A stretch of DNA of 64,000 nucleotides from Limisphaerales bacterium (GCA_044225505.1 JBGAIN010000005.1:1-64000); one strand, 5' to 3'. Positions 1-10,650 are shown, numbered from the stretch's first letter. Notes: generated by a model from the letters alone, not told the origin. Program-made: numbers and translations.

Positions 1-1486
1 CACTCGCGGCGTCCGGCCCGACAGAATTAATCTCTCCGTAAACTGACTTCTGCGACTGGTATAAGTAAGGTGGTTCAACGTCCCATTCGCTCTTCGGAAT
101 GATGTAACCAATCTCATCATTGGCCAGCCCAAGAATGAATTTCGTCTTGCCCGGCATGAGTTGGCGCAGCGGTGGCACTTCGATGGGCTCGATGTTGAAA
201 TCCCCTCCTGGCGGACGTTCAATCCCTCCATTCACCAACTCGGGATACATCTCTCCCGGGAGACACGCCAAGCTGGTGTCGCCGACCGTAATCAAGGCGA
301 TCTCCGTGCGCAATTTGTTCCAATTCTGCAACCCAGGATGCCCTCGATCGATGATCCCCAGGACGGGAGCCAGGAGGAACAGTTTGTTCTCGACCGGCAC
401 CTCGATCGTACGGGCTCGAATGCTAATCGCCGCTTGATCGGTGGCGGTCAGGTCGCGCCGAGTGAGGAGCGGCAGAATCCGAGCCGCTAACTGCCGCCCC
501 AATGCCCGGGCCTTGTCGTGACTTGGCTCCTTAAAGTCCTGGCGCGTGACCGGGTCTTGCACGGTGACACTGGGCGAGGTCGTCATTAATCCGCCGATGG
601 CGCCGTTGACATAAAGATGGGTTCCTCCAACCCCGGGAGCCAAAAGATGTCCTTGATGAGAAATTCCATGTTCCAACGCGTCTCGCAGGTATCCGGGAAA
701 ATCGGCCGTAATCTCTGTGTTGCGGGACCAGGGGGTTTCTGGATGATCCGCCCAACCAACAATCGTCCCGAGGGTGCTTCCATCCACGGCATGAACGAAA
801 TGCATCACGCGCAGGTCCGGATCATAAACTTCAGGCCGTCGCGTGTCTGTGAGCAATCCCGCCGGGTCCACTGGGATTTCGAAGGAAACAACGCGGGCGG
901 GCTCTAGGGCTCCCGCCGCATCGGCAATGGCGCGCGCGGCGCTGGAAATCACACGTTCGCGGTAATCCGGATGAACGCCGCTGAGCAGAAAATGCCGTCC
1001 CCATAATCCCATGAGATCTGGGGTTGAATGGTTATGCGTCGAACAGATCGCTGCATAATCGATCTTCAAGTGGGCGCCAAGACGCTCGCGCACCGTCACG
1101 ACATCGTCGTGAAAGAAGCCAATCGCGTCCAGGGCCACCAACGCGAATCGAGTATACCCGTCATCGACCACCACCGCGATCGCCCACAGGTCGTCGTGCA
1201 CGGCAGTTGCAGCGCGTTTGTGGTTAAATCCGGCCAACCAAACCGGCCGGTTCGTGTCGGACAGATCAGGCGTGATCTGGACACGGCCGAATCCTACTTG
1301 GAGCGGGCGTGGATCGACACGGGATTGTTTCCCGTCCAAGTTGATTCGGACCGAGTATTGGGGATGCCGATCGCGGAACGCATAGAGCGCGAGCCCTCCC
1401 AACCCGATCCCCACAATGATCACCGTCCAAAATATAAGGGAAAGTAGACGGCGCCAGAGAGGCCGGCGTGATGCATACGCTTTCAT
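1..1486 (-). CDS. Neutral/alkaline ceramidase-like hydrolase with N-terminal membrane anchor (3' end runs off the window; absent from the ORF track)
   Basis: Manual translation from ATG at 1486: MKAYASRRPLWRRLLSLIFWTVIIVGIGLGGLALYAFR...VWLAGF...HDDLWA...ALDAIGFFHDDV...CSTHNHSTPDLMGLWG. The same frame at the window edge reads GLANDEIGYIIPKSEWD. THxH metal motif and GLxNDxxGY are typical of this family. Confidence 0.75.
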   Translation of the reverse strand, partial: MKAYASRRPLWRRLLSLIFWTVIIVGIGLGGLALYAFRDRHPQYSVRINLDGKQSRVDPRPLQVGFGRVQITPDLSDTNRPVWLAGFNHKRAATAVHDDLWAIAVVVDDGYTRFALVALDAIGFFHDDVVTVRERLGAHLKIDYAAICSTHNHSTPDLMGLWGRHFLLSGVHPDYRERVISSAARAIADAAGALEPARVVSFEIPVDPAGLLTDTRRPEVYDPDLRVMHFVHAVDGSTLGTIVGWADHPETPWSRNTEITADFPGYLRDALEHGISHQGHLLAPGVGGTHLYVNGAIGGLMTTSPSVTVQDPVTRQDFKEPSHDKARALGRQLAARILPLLTRRDLTATDQAAISIRARTIEVPVENKLFLLAPVLGIIDRGHPGLQNWNKLRTEIALITVGDTSLACLPGEMYPELVNGGIERPPGGDFNIEPIEVPPLRQLMPGKTKFILGLANDEIGYIIPKSEWDVEPPYLYQSQKSVYGEINSVGPDAAS

Positions 1487-1689
1487 CGTGCCAAGAGTGA
1501 ATCTAGATGCCCGTCAGAAAAAAGCGATGGCGGAATTTCATGAGCCTCAAATCCCGGGCCCGCCTCGCGAAGACTTAGTTCCTGCGCTTTGACCAGTCGC
1601 CCTGATTCCTCTCGACTTGTTCGACGCACGGGCAGATCTTCGCCGTCGGTGGGAACAGCTTCCAGAACAAGTTCTTCCCAGTGGCATCC

Positions 1690-2883
1690 ATGGCAAACCT
1701 CAACCTATTCGCGCGCAGGTTTTTCTTCGCGATCCTCCTGGCAGGCTTACTTCCGCTCCCCATAGATGCTGCGGCCCCGGATCGGTTTCTGATTTATCTG
1801 TGGGGCCTGCCGAACGTGCCCGACGACCATGCTAAAGCCGCGGCACTGCAGGAAGCGGGCTTCAACGTCGTTGACTGCGAGGCTGGCAAACTGGATATCG
1901 TCGCCAATCACGGGCTCCAAGCGATGGTGCACGGGTTCTTGCCGACCAATCAGCTCCAGCAACTGTCGTCCGACCGGCGCGTCTGGGGGTATCACTTGGC
2001 CGATGAGCCCTATCCTGAGGACGAGTTTCCCAGACTGGCCGAGCAGGTCCGCAGCATCGAGCGCCTGGCGCCAGGGCACGTCCCCTTTATCAATATGTTG
2101 TCCACGGGCGGTGACTTTCTCCGCACCTACATGCAAATCGTTCGCCCCAACCTGCTGAGTTTCGATTATTACCAATGGTGGTGGGGAAGCGACCGCTACT
2201 TCGAAAAGCTCGAGCAGTTCCGCGAGGCCGCGTTGTTAGCGCGTGTTCCGCTGGCAGCTTGCGTGGAAGCATCGGCCAATCCCGCCGTAGAGCGCGGCGA
2301 TTCGGATTACCTGCCCGATAATCTCCAAAAGCTGCGCCAGAGTGTCTATACGACTCTCGCTTATGGCGCGAAAGGCATTGAATGGTTCTCCGCAAACCTT
2401 GTCTTTGAACCCAATTCCACACGCCTCAGCCAAACGGGACGGGATGTTGCCGCCCTTAACAAGGAACTGCAACGGCTTGGGCCGGTCCTATTTCCTCTCC
2501 GGTCGATTGATGTCTTTCACACGGCTCCTCTTCCCGCCGCGACACGGACGGCGCCCAAAGACTATTGGATTCACCTCTTACCGGAGGAAGGCCGCTCAGG
2601 CCTCGTTCAAGGCATGTTCCAGGACGACTCGGGTCGAGACTATCTTTGGGTCGTCAATCGAGACTATCGCGACAGCCAGGTCGTCGTCGTGCGTCTGCAG
2701 TCAAAATGGCGAGGCATAGCCCCTTGGAACAAACCCAAGGAATATACCTATCAGATAGAATACTATGCGAAGGGCCAAGACCAATGGCGAAAAATGGCTA
2801 GTACATCTTCAGTCGGTTTTAACACCGTTCTGGGACCAGGGGATGGCGACCTGTTCCGAATTACGACTGTCATCCGCCGGTAA
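1690..2883 (+). CDS. Secreted hypothetical protein, probable glycoside hydrolase-like TIM barrel
   Basis: Signal-peptide-like N-terminus; motifs WGYHLADEP, LLSFDYY and LAYGAKGIEWF resemble uncharacterised GH-A-like proteins. Start at ATG 1690 or GTG 1681. Confidence 0.55.
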   Translation: MANLNLFARRFFFAILLAGLLPLPIDAAAPDRFLIYLWGLPNVPDDHAKAAALQEAGFNVVDCEAGKLDIVANHGLQAMVHGFLPTNQLQQLSSDRRVWGYHLADEPYPEDEFPRLAEQVRSIERLAPGHVPFINMLSTGGDFLRTYMQIVRPNLLSFDYYQWWWGSDRYFEKLEQFREAALLARVPLAACVEASANPAVERGDSDYLPDNLQKLRQSVYTTLAYGAKGIEWFSANLVFEPNSTRLSQTGRDVAALNKELQRLGPVLFPLRSIDVFHTAPLPAATRTAPKDYWIHLLPEEGRSGLVQGMFQDDSGRDYLWVVNRDYRDSQVVVVRLQSKWRGIAPWNKPKEYTYQIEYYAKGQDQWRKMASTSSVGFNTVLGPGDGDLFRITTVIRR

Positions 2884-3014
2884 CACAGGGGTCGGATTAC
2901 CCAAGAACAGTCCACGGTTGAATGGTCGTCTTTTCTCACCTATACTCCAAGCCGCTGAGGAATGCCTTGGGTGGGTGGGGTATGATTAGGACGTTTGTGT
3001 TGTGAACTTGAATT

Positions 3015-3626
3015 ATGGAACAATTGAATCGAGCAGTAGCGTCGGTTGGACAAATCGTTGCGGATTTTGAAATGGAAACTTACCTGCCTGCCGAAGGCCG
3101 GTTTGACAAGATCTCATCGTTGAGTTTGAAGCAGCAGGGCAAATGGACGGTCCTGTTTTTCTATCCCGCCGACTTTACATTTGTATGTCCGACAGAGCTG
3201 GCGGACCTGGCCGGGCGCTATAGCGCGCTCCAAGCATTGGACGTCGAGGTAATCGCCATCTCGACAGACACTAAATTTGCGCATTTGGCTTGGCGAAACT
3301 CGGAGAAGCTGCTGCAGAACGTGGGATTTCCCATGGCCGCCGACCCGACCGGGATTGTCTCCCAGCAGTTTGGAGTCTACGACCCAGGCACTGGACTGGC
3401 CCTGCGTGGCACGTTTATTATCGATCCCTCAGGAAAGCTAGTTTCATCGGAGATTAACTTCTACAACTTGGGCCGTGACGCCAGCGAACTCTACCGCAAG
3501 GTAGAAGCGTTTTGCTATTTGCGAAATCATCCCGAAGAAGCCTGTCCGGCCGGTTGGCGCCAGGGCAGCAAGACGCTTCGCCCGTCGGAAAAGATGGTTG
3601 GCCACGTTTACGAAGCGTTGCAATAG
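3015..3626 (+). CDS. ahpC: 2-Cys peroxiredoxin (AhpC family)
   Basis: FFYPADFTFVCPTE peroxidatic motif, RGTFIIDP, resolving EACPAGW. Confidence 0.93.
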   Translation: MEQLNRAVASVGQIVADFEMETYLPAEGRFDKISSLSLKQQGKWTVLFFYPADFTFVCPTELADLAGRYSALQALDVEVIAISTDTKFAHLAWRNSEKLLQNVGFPMAADPTGIVSQQFGVYDPGTGLALRGTFIIDPSGKLVSSEINFYNLGRDASELYRKVEAFCYLRNHPEEACPAGWRQGSKTLRPSEKMVGHVYEALQ

Positions 3627-3767
3627 ACAGCCGCGCGGGAAAGCGATTGATGCGCGAGTAGCCGAGCTTCCCGGCTTGCAGCCTTGGAGCCAGGCCGCCC
3701 CTGAGCCAACGAAGGACAGGACGGCGGTCCTGGGAGAACGCGAGTTGCCTTTCTTCGTCGGAACGTT

Positions 3768-4751
3768 TTACCGGCGAAGGAAGCCTTCCAATGCCTTATT
3801 CAAATCGAGCGTTTGCAGATTCAACGCATTTCCGGATGGGATCATCAGGATGCGTTTGCCGATGAGGTTTGTGGCGATGGCGAGCTGAATCTGAGTCTCA
3901 CCTCCCATGCTGGCCATGGCTTCGCGCTGTTTAATGATCGCGAGGGCAGCATTGGTGCCTTCAGTGAGAATTGCCTCAGCAATGAAACGCTTTTGATCGA
4001 ATTCCGCGTCCGCGGAAGAGACCGTGTTGGAGTATCGCCCTAAGGCCGAGGCGATCATGGATTTTACTTGGCCCTCAGCCTCGTTCACATAACGCTTGTT
4101 GCCTTCACGCTGGGCTTCGATCTGAGCTCGAATCTCCAATGTCTTCGCCTCGGCAATCTTTTTCTCCGTGATAACTTTGAGGTAATCAGGATCAAATCGG
4201 TAGTCCATGATCGCGACTCGTTCCAAAATGAGGCCGTAGTTATCGAGAATGCTCTGGAGTCCCACCTTGGCCTGCTCGACCGCTTTGTTGCGAGATTCGG
4301 TGTGCGTAAATTCGTCCGTCGACAGTGCGCCAAGAAAGTCCCGAGTCCGACTTCGCGCAACGGTATTGAAGACCTTTTCGCGCAGTTCGCCGTTATTTTT
4401 GGCGACATGCTGACGGATATGAGGAGCTTTGAGCGGATCCAGCCGGTAAGAGAATGTGACATCGACAAACAGGTCATTGCCGTCGCGGGTCTTGATCGTG
4501 AGCTGGTTAGGCCCTTTCATTTCGATGACCTGCAAGCGGGCATCGAAGGTATCCCAGGCATTGACGATGGGCAGGAAAAAGTAGGCGGCCCCCGGTTGGT
4601 AAACGCGATTCTCGACGCCGCGTTTGCCCAGCCACTTCACGGTGCGCACTCCAACCTCCGTCGAGTCCGTGGCATGATAGCCACTCAGACTCAAACAGAT
4701 CGCCCCAAGGATCAGGACGCCTATCCAAAAGATTTTTCCGAGGGTACTCAT
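3768..4751 (-). CDS. SPFH/band 7 domain membrane protein (HflC/prohibitin-like)
   Basis: N-terminal TM; TIKTRDGNDLFVDVTFSYRLDP SPFH core; C-terminal coiled coil; ATGA overlap with the upstream gene. Confidence 0.85.
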   Translation of the reverse strand: MSTLGKIFWIGVLILGAICLSLSGYHATDSTEVGVRTVKWLGKRGVENRVYQPGAAYFFLPIVNAWDTFDARLQVIEMKGPNQLTIKTRDGNDLFVDVTFSYRLDPLKAPHIRQHVAKNNGELREKVFNTVARSRTRDFLGALSTDEFTHTESRNKAVEQAKVGLQSILDNYGLILERVAIMDYRFDPDYLKVITEKKIAEAKTLEIRAQIEAQREGNKRYVNEAEGQVKSMIASALGRYSNTVSSADAEFDQKRFIAEAILTEGTNAALAIIKQREAMASMGGETQIQLAIATNLIGKRILMIPSGNALNLQTLDLNKALEGFLRR

Positions 4752-5884
4752 GGCGTTGCTTTCTCTGGCGCTCTCATTTTCAGCTGCTTCATCAAAGTGT
4801 CGATATCCAGCGGATTAAACCCTGACGGCCCTCCAGAAGGCAGAACAATGGTATCTAGACCGGACAGCACTTTGGCCCATTCCAATCCGACCAAGCGCTC
4901 AGATCCAGTCCCTTGATAAGCCTCGTTGAGCAGGCGCTGCTTCTCGGCTTCGGCCAGCGCGACGACTTTGTTGGCTTCCGAGATCTTCTTCCGGCGGTAA
5001 GCGTCCATCTGAGCGGTTAAGCGGGTGACATAGTTTGAGCCTTCCATCAGTTTGATAGAGAGACTGGCTTCACCCTGTTTTTCGACCTCGCGCAGCGCGC
5101 CTTGTGCTTGCGCTAGCTTGGCTTCCTCGATGTTTTTCTGCTTGGTCTGCTCCTGTATGTTTCGGGCTTCGATGCGGGCCTGGACCGCCTCGTGATATTG
5201 GGGGTAGCGGATCAAGACATGCTCCACCTCTAAACCACGCGGTCGGAGGAATTCGTTGAACTTGTCCCGGGTCTCCTCCTGTTTCGCGACCCGTTTCTGC
5301 GCGTCGAAGAAGTCTTCCGGATGCAACGTGCCCATGGTCGCCTTTAGCATCGACTCTGCCTGAAAGACGATTCCGTTCTGCTCATAGAGCGCTCCTGCGC
5401 CGAATTCGCGGACCGTCTTGTAAGGATCGATGACGCGATAGAGGATAGACACATCCAAGTTGATGAAAAACCCATCAGACGTCTGAATGTGGGCCGCGTC
5501 TTCGTAGCGAATAAACCGATCCAGGTCCTCGTTCGATCGGCCCTTGGCGTGCAGCGTGACGGCACGCACGCTCCTCGGAAAGATCAGGAATTTTTCGCAC
5601 CCGGGAGTCCGCCATTGCACTCCGGTTCCGTAAATGTTGGTGTGAATGCCGGCTGGTCCCGTAAGCAGCGGAATCGAAACATCGACTTGCTTAACCGCAA
5701 ATTCGTCCGGCTCAATATACTGGCTGCAAGTAGCGTAAATAAAAGCCAGGACCACGAACCCAAACACGATGGCCAGCGGCAGTCCTGTGGGCGCTAATTG
5801 CCGCAGTGCACCGACCATGGCTTGCGCCCGGTCTGCATTGCCAGTTCGCCCCGGAGGAGTAGGTGACGAAGAAAAGGGCTTCAT
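4748..5884 (-). CDS. SPFH/band 7 domain membrane protein (HflK/prohibitin-like)
   Basis: TM helix; IQTSDGFFINLDVSILYRVIDP; long A/E/Q/K-rich coiled coil. Confidence 0.85.
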   Translation of the reverse strand: MKPFSSSPTPPGRTGNADRAQAMVGALRQLAPTGLPLAIVFGFVVLAFIYATCSQYIEPDEFAVKQVDVSIPLLTGPAGIHTNIYGTGVQWRTPGCEKFLIFPRSVRAVTLHAKGRSNEDLDRFIRYEDAAHIQTSDGFFINLDVSILYRVIDPYKTVREFGAGALYEQNGIVFQAESMLKATMGTLHPEDFFDAQKRVAKQEETRDKFNEFLRPRGLEVEHVLIRYPQYHEAVQARIEARNIQEQTKQKNIEEAKLAQAQGALREVEKQGEASLSIKLMEGSNYVTRLTAQMDAYRRKKISEANKVVALAEAEKQRLLNEAYQGTGSERLVGLEWAKVLSGLDTIVLPSGGPSGFNPLDIDTLMKQLKMRAPEKATP

Positions 5885-6708
5885 ACATTTCTGAGACGTT
5901 TAAGGTGCTGGACAACGTAACCCTCGCGGTCGCGGCTGACGAACACTTCCTGAGCCTCCAAAAACAATCGGTTGAAGCGCTGTTGGCGCGCTGCTTCAGA
6001 GTAGGCTCCCGTGACATGATAACGCAGGAACTTCTCGAACGGAACGACGCCCAAGGCGCGCACCGCGGACGGCGACGTAGGATCTGCTTCTCGCACTTTT
6101 GAGTAATCCGCCCAGAAGGCAGCGGGCTCTTCGTAATGGGTCAGGATTTCCAGTGCCTCGGCATGCATCACGTCGGCCTGCAATAACTGACGCCGATTGT
6201 CATACTCCACATCCGTTTGCACTTTGTTGTCGAGTCCTTCCAAAGCGTTCTCAAACCGTTTCCGAGCGCGCGCCAAGAGCAGATCGTCAAAGTATTGCGC
6301 CGCGGAATAAATGATAAAGCCAACGAAGCTGTAAAAGATGGCCGTGGGAATCATGACCTGTGGAAGAATAGATCGCCCCCGTGTGAGCAGTCCTTCGACG
6401 ACTTCCATTAGAACGGCAGTCCCCAGGACGTATTGCCACAGTTTGCGACGCGAACGACGTTCCTCGATCCGTTCGGTTTCCGCCCGATACTTCTGATAGC
6501 GCGGCACCACGTCGGAACGGGCGATGGAACGTAAACCCTCGTACAGCTTGGGGTCTACCTCGGCATGCTCCATCTCCGCGCGCTTCAACCGTTCAACAAA
6601 GAACTCGTCGACCCATTGGCCGAGGCGCTCTTTTGGAATCACGGATCGTTCGGCCTGGTCGATCAGCTCCCTGGATAGTTTCTTGAGCTGAAGCTCACTC
6701 ATAATCAC
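5881..6708 (-). CDS. Hypothetical protein with two central TM segments and helical flanks
   Basis: 275-aa ORF with hydrophobic stretches LWQYVLGTAVLMEVV and VMIPTAIFYSFVGFIIYSAAQYF; stop overlaps the SPFH start (ATGA). Confidence 0.75.
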   Translation of the reverse strand: MIMSELQLKKLSRELIDQAERSVIPKERLGQWVDEFFVERLKRAEMEHAEVDPKLYEGLRSIARSDVVPRYQKYRAETERIEERRSRRKLWQYVLGTAVLMEVVEGLLTRGRSILPQVMIPTAIFYSFVGFIIYSAAQYFDDLLLARARKRFENALEGLDNKVQTDVEYDNRRQLLQADVMHAEALEILTHYEEPAAFWADYSKVREADPTSPSAVRALGVVPFEKFLRYHVTGAYSEAARQQRFNRLFLEAQEVFVSRDREGYVVQHLKRLRNV

Positions 6709-6896
6709 TCAGAACGCTGTCACGCTAGGCCGATCTTAGGTGGATGCGTCTCCCGCGGCAATTACTTTGAACGCTCGCCGTTGTAGTCGCCAAACTTTCC
6801 CGACGAGCGCGCACCCAAGGAGCTGGAATGCCGCCCGGATGGCTGTTTGGCCCGATTGCGCTTCCATGAAATCGGCGCATTTGAGAAGCTGATCGC

Positions 6897-7511
6897 GTGG
6901 GCATCACGTCAAAGCAGTTCGCCGAAATGAAGCAGCGCGTGACTGGAAAGGGTCGGAGACCCACCGCGGCGCCCGTTTTTGCCAACCCTCACGCGGTTTC
7001 CGAGCAACGCGACCAAATCATTCTAGGAATTGACCCGTCTCTTCGTGGGACGGGCTACGGAATCATCCGGTGCGTCAAGCCGCGCCCGGAGGCCTTAGTT
7101 TGCGGCACCATTACCTCTCCAAGCGGATGGGAACGCTCCCGTTGCCTGGCGAAGATCGCCCAAACCATCCGTGCGATTGTCAAACAGCATCAGCCGACCG
7201 TCTGCGTCGTCGAAGGGCTGTTCTACGCGCAAAACCTGCAAACCGCCCTGATTATGGGTGAGGCCCGCGGGGCCAGCCTTGCCACGGTCGCCGAGGCCGG
7301 GCTCGAGATTTATGAAATTGCTCCCCGCAAAGTGAAGCAAGCGATTGTTGGGTATGGAGCGGCGCAGAAATTGGCCGTCGCCAAAATGGTGCAGCGGATG
7401 CTCAATCTTGCCGAACCTCCCGCACCCGATGCGGCCGACGCATTGGCAATTGCGCTTGCTTTCGGACAAGAAGTCGGTCGGTTCAGTTTCGGGAATCGGA
7501 AAAAGATCTGA
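6897..7511 (+). CDS. ruvC: Holliday junction resolvase RuvC
   Basis: ILGIDPSLRGTGYG, VVEGLF, GEARG, PRKVKQAIVGYGAAQK, DAADALAIA. Confidence 0.93.
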   Translation: MGITSKQFAEMKQRVTGKGRRPTAAPVFANPHAVSEQRDQIILGIDPSLRGTGYGIIRCVKPRPEALVCGTITSPSGWERSRCLAKIAQTIRAIVKQHQPTVCVVEGLFYAQNLQTALIMGEARGASLATVAEAGLEIYEIAPRKVKQAIVGYGAAQKLAVAKMVQRMLNLAEPPAPDAADALAIALAFGQEVGRFSFGNRKKI

Positions 7512-7576
7512 CCGGAGTAAGCGGTGGAAACAAGGACATTTAGGAGTTCGAGAAAGCAGGTTATGACCCCTTTTGT

Positions 7577-10558
7577 ATGAGACACGCCTTTCGTTTTGGT
7601 TGGACCGCCTTGATGTCGTTAACGCTAAGCGCCGCTGAAGCCCCGCCGGATAAAATCGCACTCACGCCGTTCGAGGCAGCGCAACGGGCAACGCTGCCGG
7701 AAGGTTTTCGTGTCTCTGTCTTTGCGGCCGAGCCTGAGGTGGTACAGCCGGTGGCCATGAACTTCGATGATCGAGGCCGCCTTTGGGTCGTTGAAATGCT
7801 TACCTATGCTGATCTGAAAGTGAACTTCGACCTGCAAGAACACGACCGAATTGTCGTGCTCGAGGATACGGACCATGACGGGCACATGGATAAACGAACG
7901 GTTTTTTGGGAAGGTGGCCAGCGTGTCACGAGCGTCGAAATCGGTTTTGGCGGGGTCTGGGTCTTGGCCGCACCCCAGATGCTCTTCATTCCCGATCGCA
8001 ACGGTGACGATGTTCCAGATGGCGCTCCCGAGATCTTGCTGGACGGTTGGGATGCAGGGCCCGTGCGTCATAACATCGTCAACGGGCTCAAATGGGGCCC
8101 TGACGGCTGGCTGTACGGTCGGCATGGAATCCAAGCCACCTCGAACGTTGGCAAGCCAGGGGCGCCGGCGAACGAACGTATCCGCCTCAATTGCTGCATC
8201 TGGCGATTTCATCCGGTGCGGCACGCATTTGAGGTGGTGTGCCAAGGCGGCACGAACCCTTGGGGCCACGATTGGGATGAATTCGGAAATCTCTGGTTTA
8301 TCAACACCGTCATTGGGCATCTGTGGCAAGGGATCCCTGGTGCTTGGTTTAAGCGCATGTATGGCGAGCATCTCACGCCTCACCGTTACGAGTTGATCGA
8401 TCAACACGCCGACCATTATCACTGGAATACGGCGAGGTCCTGGACGGATTCCCGTGACGGTGGGCAAGGCGCAAGTGCGCTCGGTGGTGGGCATGCACAT
8501 AGCGGGTTGATGATCTACTTGGGTGACAATTGGCCGGCAAACCTAAGAAACGATGTATTCACTCTGAATTTCCACGGGCGCCGGATGAACCATGAAGTGC
8601 TCGAGCGCGCCGGTTCCGGTTACAGCGGACGTCATCGCCCGGATTTCATTCAGTTCGCTGACCCTTGGTTCCGAGGGATTGACCTGGCCTATGGTCCGGA
8701 CGGCGGAGTTTGGATTATCGACTGGTCCGATCGAGGCGAGTGCCATGAGAACGATGTGGACGGCGTCCATCGCGAAACCGGCCGAATCTTCAAGGTCACT
8801 TACGGAACGCCAGCCTTGCCAGAAGCCAGGAACGTGGCCGCGCTCTCGAATGAGGAGTTGGTCCGTCTTCAACTACATCCCAATGAATGGTTCGTTCGCC
8901 ATGCCCGCCGCAACCTCCAGGAGCGGGCCGCTCTTGGTCACGATATGGCCGCGTCCTGGCAGGAATTGCGTCGGCTTTTTGACTCTCAACCGGAAGTGCC
9001 CAGAAAGCTTCGGCTGCTCTGGGCTCTTCACGCTTCGGGGGGCGCTTCGGCCCCTTGGCTGCAAAGCCTGCTTGAGAATACAAGCGAGCCGATCCGGCGT
9101 TGGTCCGTGACATTGCTAGCCGAAGCCGACCGCGTCGCGCCAGTCACTCTGTCGCGTTGGACATCCATGGCTCAATCGGACGGGTCCCCGGAGGTGAGAC
9201 TCGCCCTGGCCTCCGCCATGCAACGGCTGCCTTTACAAGATCGTCCCAGGCTCGCGGAGGCGCTGCTAACTCACTCCGAGGATGCCAGTGACCACAATCT
9301 GCCCTATCTCATTTGGTACGGCATCGAGCCTGCGATTAGTGCCGGTGTCCCTGAAGCCAAGTCTCTGTTTGCGAGGTCCCGAATTCCAGTCGTTCGTCAA
9401 TGGATCGCCCGTCGCCTCTCCGAGAGTCTTTCCGAATCACCGAGCGATACCGAAGGCATGCTGCAATGGGCCATCGCGCAAGATAGGGAAGCTCGTAGCG
9501 ACGTGCTCGTGGGGTTAAGCCAGGCCTTGCGGGGATGGCGAAAGGCGACCGCGCCGGCATCATGGGAGAGCTTCGTGCGCAAGATTGGCGAGGATAACGA
9601 TGCCGAGAGTACTAAGCGGGTCCAGGAATTGAACCTGGTCTTTGGCGATGGCCGCACGCTGGCCGACGTACGTCAATTGGCCTTGAACCCGCAGGCGGAT
9701 TCCGAAGCGCGCCGACCAGCCCTTCAGCATCTAATCGAGTCGCGCATGGTCGACCTGGACGCGGTCCTCGAAAGACTTTTGACAGACCGTGGGGTTGCTG
9801 GCGTGGCCGCGCGAGGTTTGGCCGCTTCCGCTAATCCCGAGGCCCGATCTGCGATCTTCAAGATCTTTGGCACACTCTCCGATGAAGATCAGGCGGCGGT
9901 GGTTGGTCAACTTGTCAGTCGAGCGGCTTCGGCCGCCGAACTACTGCACGCGATGGCGACTGGGAAAGTCCCACGCTCGCTGTTGAATTCACTCCAAGCT
10001 CGCCAAATTCAACGACATGGTGACGCCGCGCTCGGAAAGCTTCTCGCCGAGGTGTGGGGCGAAGTGCGTGCCAGTGATCAGGACAAGCAGGAATCGATGC
10101 GGCGCTACCGGCGCTTGCTCACTCCAGAACGTCTGCGCGAGGGGGATCGTTCGCACGGTCGAGCGCTGTTCGCAAAGACTTGTGCGGTGTGCCATCGACT
10201 CTACGGGGAAGGCAAGTCCGTTGGTCCCGATCTTACCGGGAGCGGGCGTAGCGATCTCGAGTATCTGTTGGAGAATGTAGTGGATCCGAGTGCCATGGTT
10301 CCGGCGGACTATCGAGTTTCTAACGTCGAACTCAAGGACGACCGCTCTTTGACTGGCGTTGTGGTGGCACAAAACGAACGGACGATCGAATTGCAGATGC
10401 AGAATGAGAGGTTGATCATTGACCGAGCAGACATCACGACGATGCAAAAGGGAATGCTTTCCCTGATGCCTGATGGTCTGCTGGATGCACTCACTGAAAA
10501 TGAGGTTCGAGATCTGATCTCATACTTGATGCATCCAACTCAGGTTGCCCTGCCATGA
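7577..10558 (+). CDS. PVC-type membrane-bound dehydrogenase-domain / heme-binding CxxCH protein
   Basis: Signal peptide; LPEGFRVSVFAAEP...PVAMNFDDRGRLWVVE beta-propeller; HEAT-like middle; C-terminal CAVCH...GPDLTG...SLMPDGL cytochrome c domain. Confidence 0.9.
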   Translation: MRHAFRFGWTALMSLTLSAAEAPPDKIALTPFEAAQRATLPEGFRVSVFAAEPEVVQPVAMNFDDRGRLWVVEMLTYADLKVNFDLQEHDRIVVLEDTDHDGHMDKRTVFWEGGQRVTSVEIGFGGVWVLAAPQMLFIPDRNGDDVPDGAPEILLDGWDAGPVRHNIVNGLKWGPDGWLYGRHGIQATSNVGKPGAPANERIRLNCCIWRFHPVRHAFEVVCQGGTNPWGHDWDEFGNLWFINTVIGHLWQGIPGAWFKRMYGEHLTPHRYELIDQHADHYHWNTARSWTDSRDGGQGASALGGGHAHSGLMIYLGDNWPANLRNDVFTLNFHGRRMNHEVLERAGSGYSGRHRPDFIQFADPWFRGIDLAYGPDGGVWIIDWSDRGECHENDVDGVHRETGRIFKVTYGTPALPEARNVAALSNEELVRLQLHPNEWFVRHARRNLQERAALGHDMAASWQELRRLFDSQPEVPRKLRLLWALHASGGASAPWLQSLLENTSEPIRRWSVTLLAEADRVAPVTLSRWTSMAQSDGSPEVRLALASAMQRLPLQDRPRLAEALLTHSEDASDHNLPYLIWYGIEPAISAGVPEAKSLFARSRIPVVRQWIARRLSESLSESPSDTEGMLQWAIAQDREARSDVLVGLSQALRGWRKATAPASWESFVRKIGEDNDAESTKRVQELNLVFGDGRTLADVRQLALNPQADSEARRPALQHLIESRMVDLDAVLERLLTDRGVAGVAARGLAASANPEARSAIFKIFGTLSDEDQAAVVGQLVSRAASAAELLHAMATGKVPRSLLNSLQARQIQRHGDAALGKLLAEVWGEVRASDQDKQESMRRYRRLLTPERLREGDRSHGRALFAKTCAVCHRLYGEGKSVGPDLTGSGRSDLEYLLENVVDPSAMVPADYRVSNVELKDDRSLTGVVVAQNERTIELQMQNERLIIDRADITTMQKGMLSLMPDGLLDALTENEVRDLISYLMHPTQVALP

Positions 10559-10650
10559 CCATTCAATGGCGGACCGTGTCAGCATTTCCACGACGCCCGA
10601 CTCCGAAGCCACCTCCCTGGTCTTCAAGGTAGCGAAGGCTATGTTGGGGT

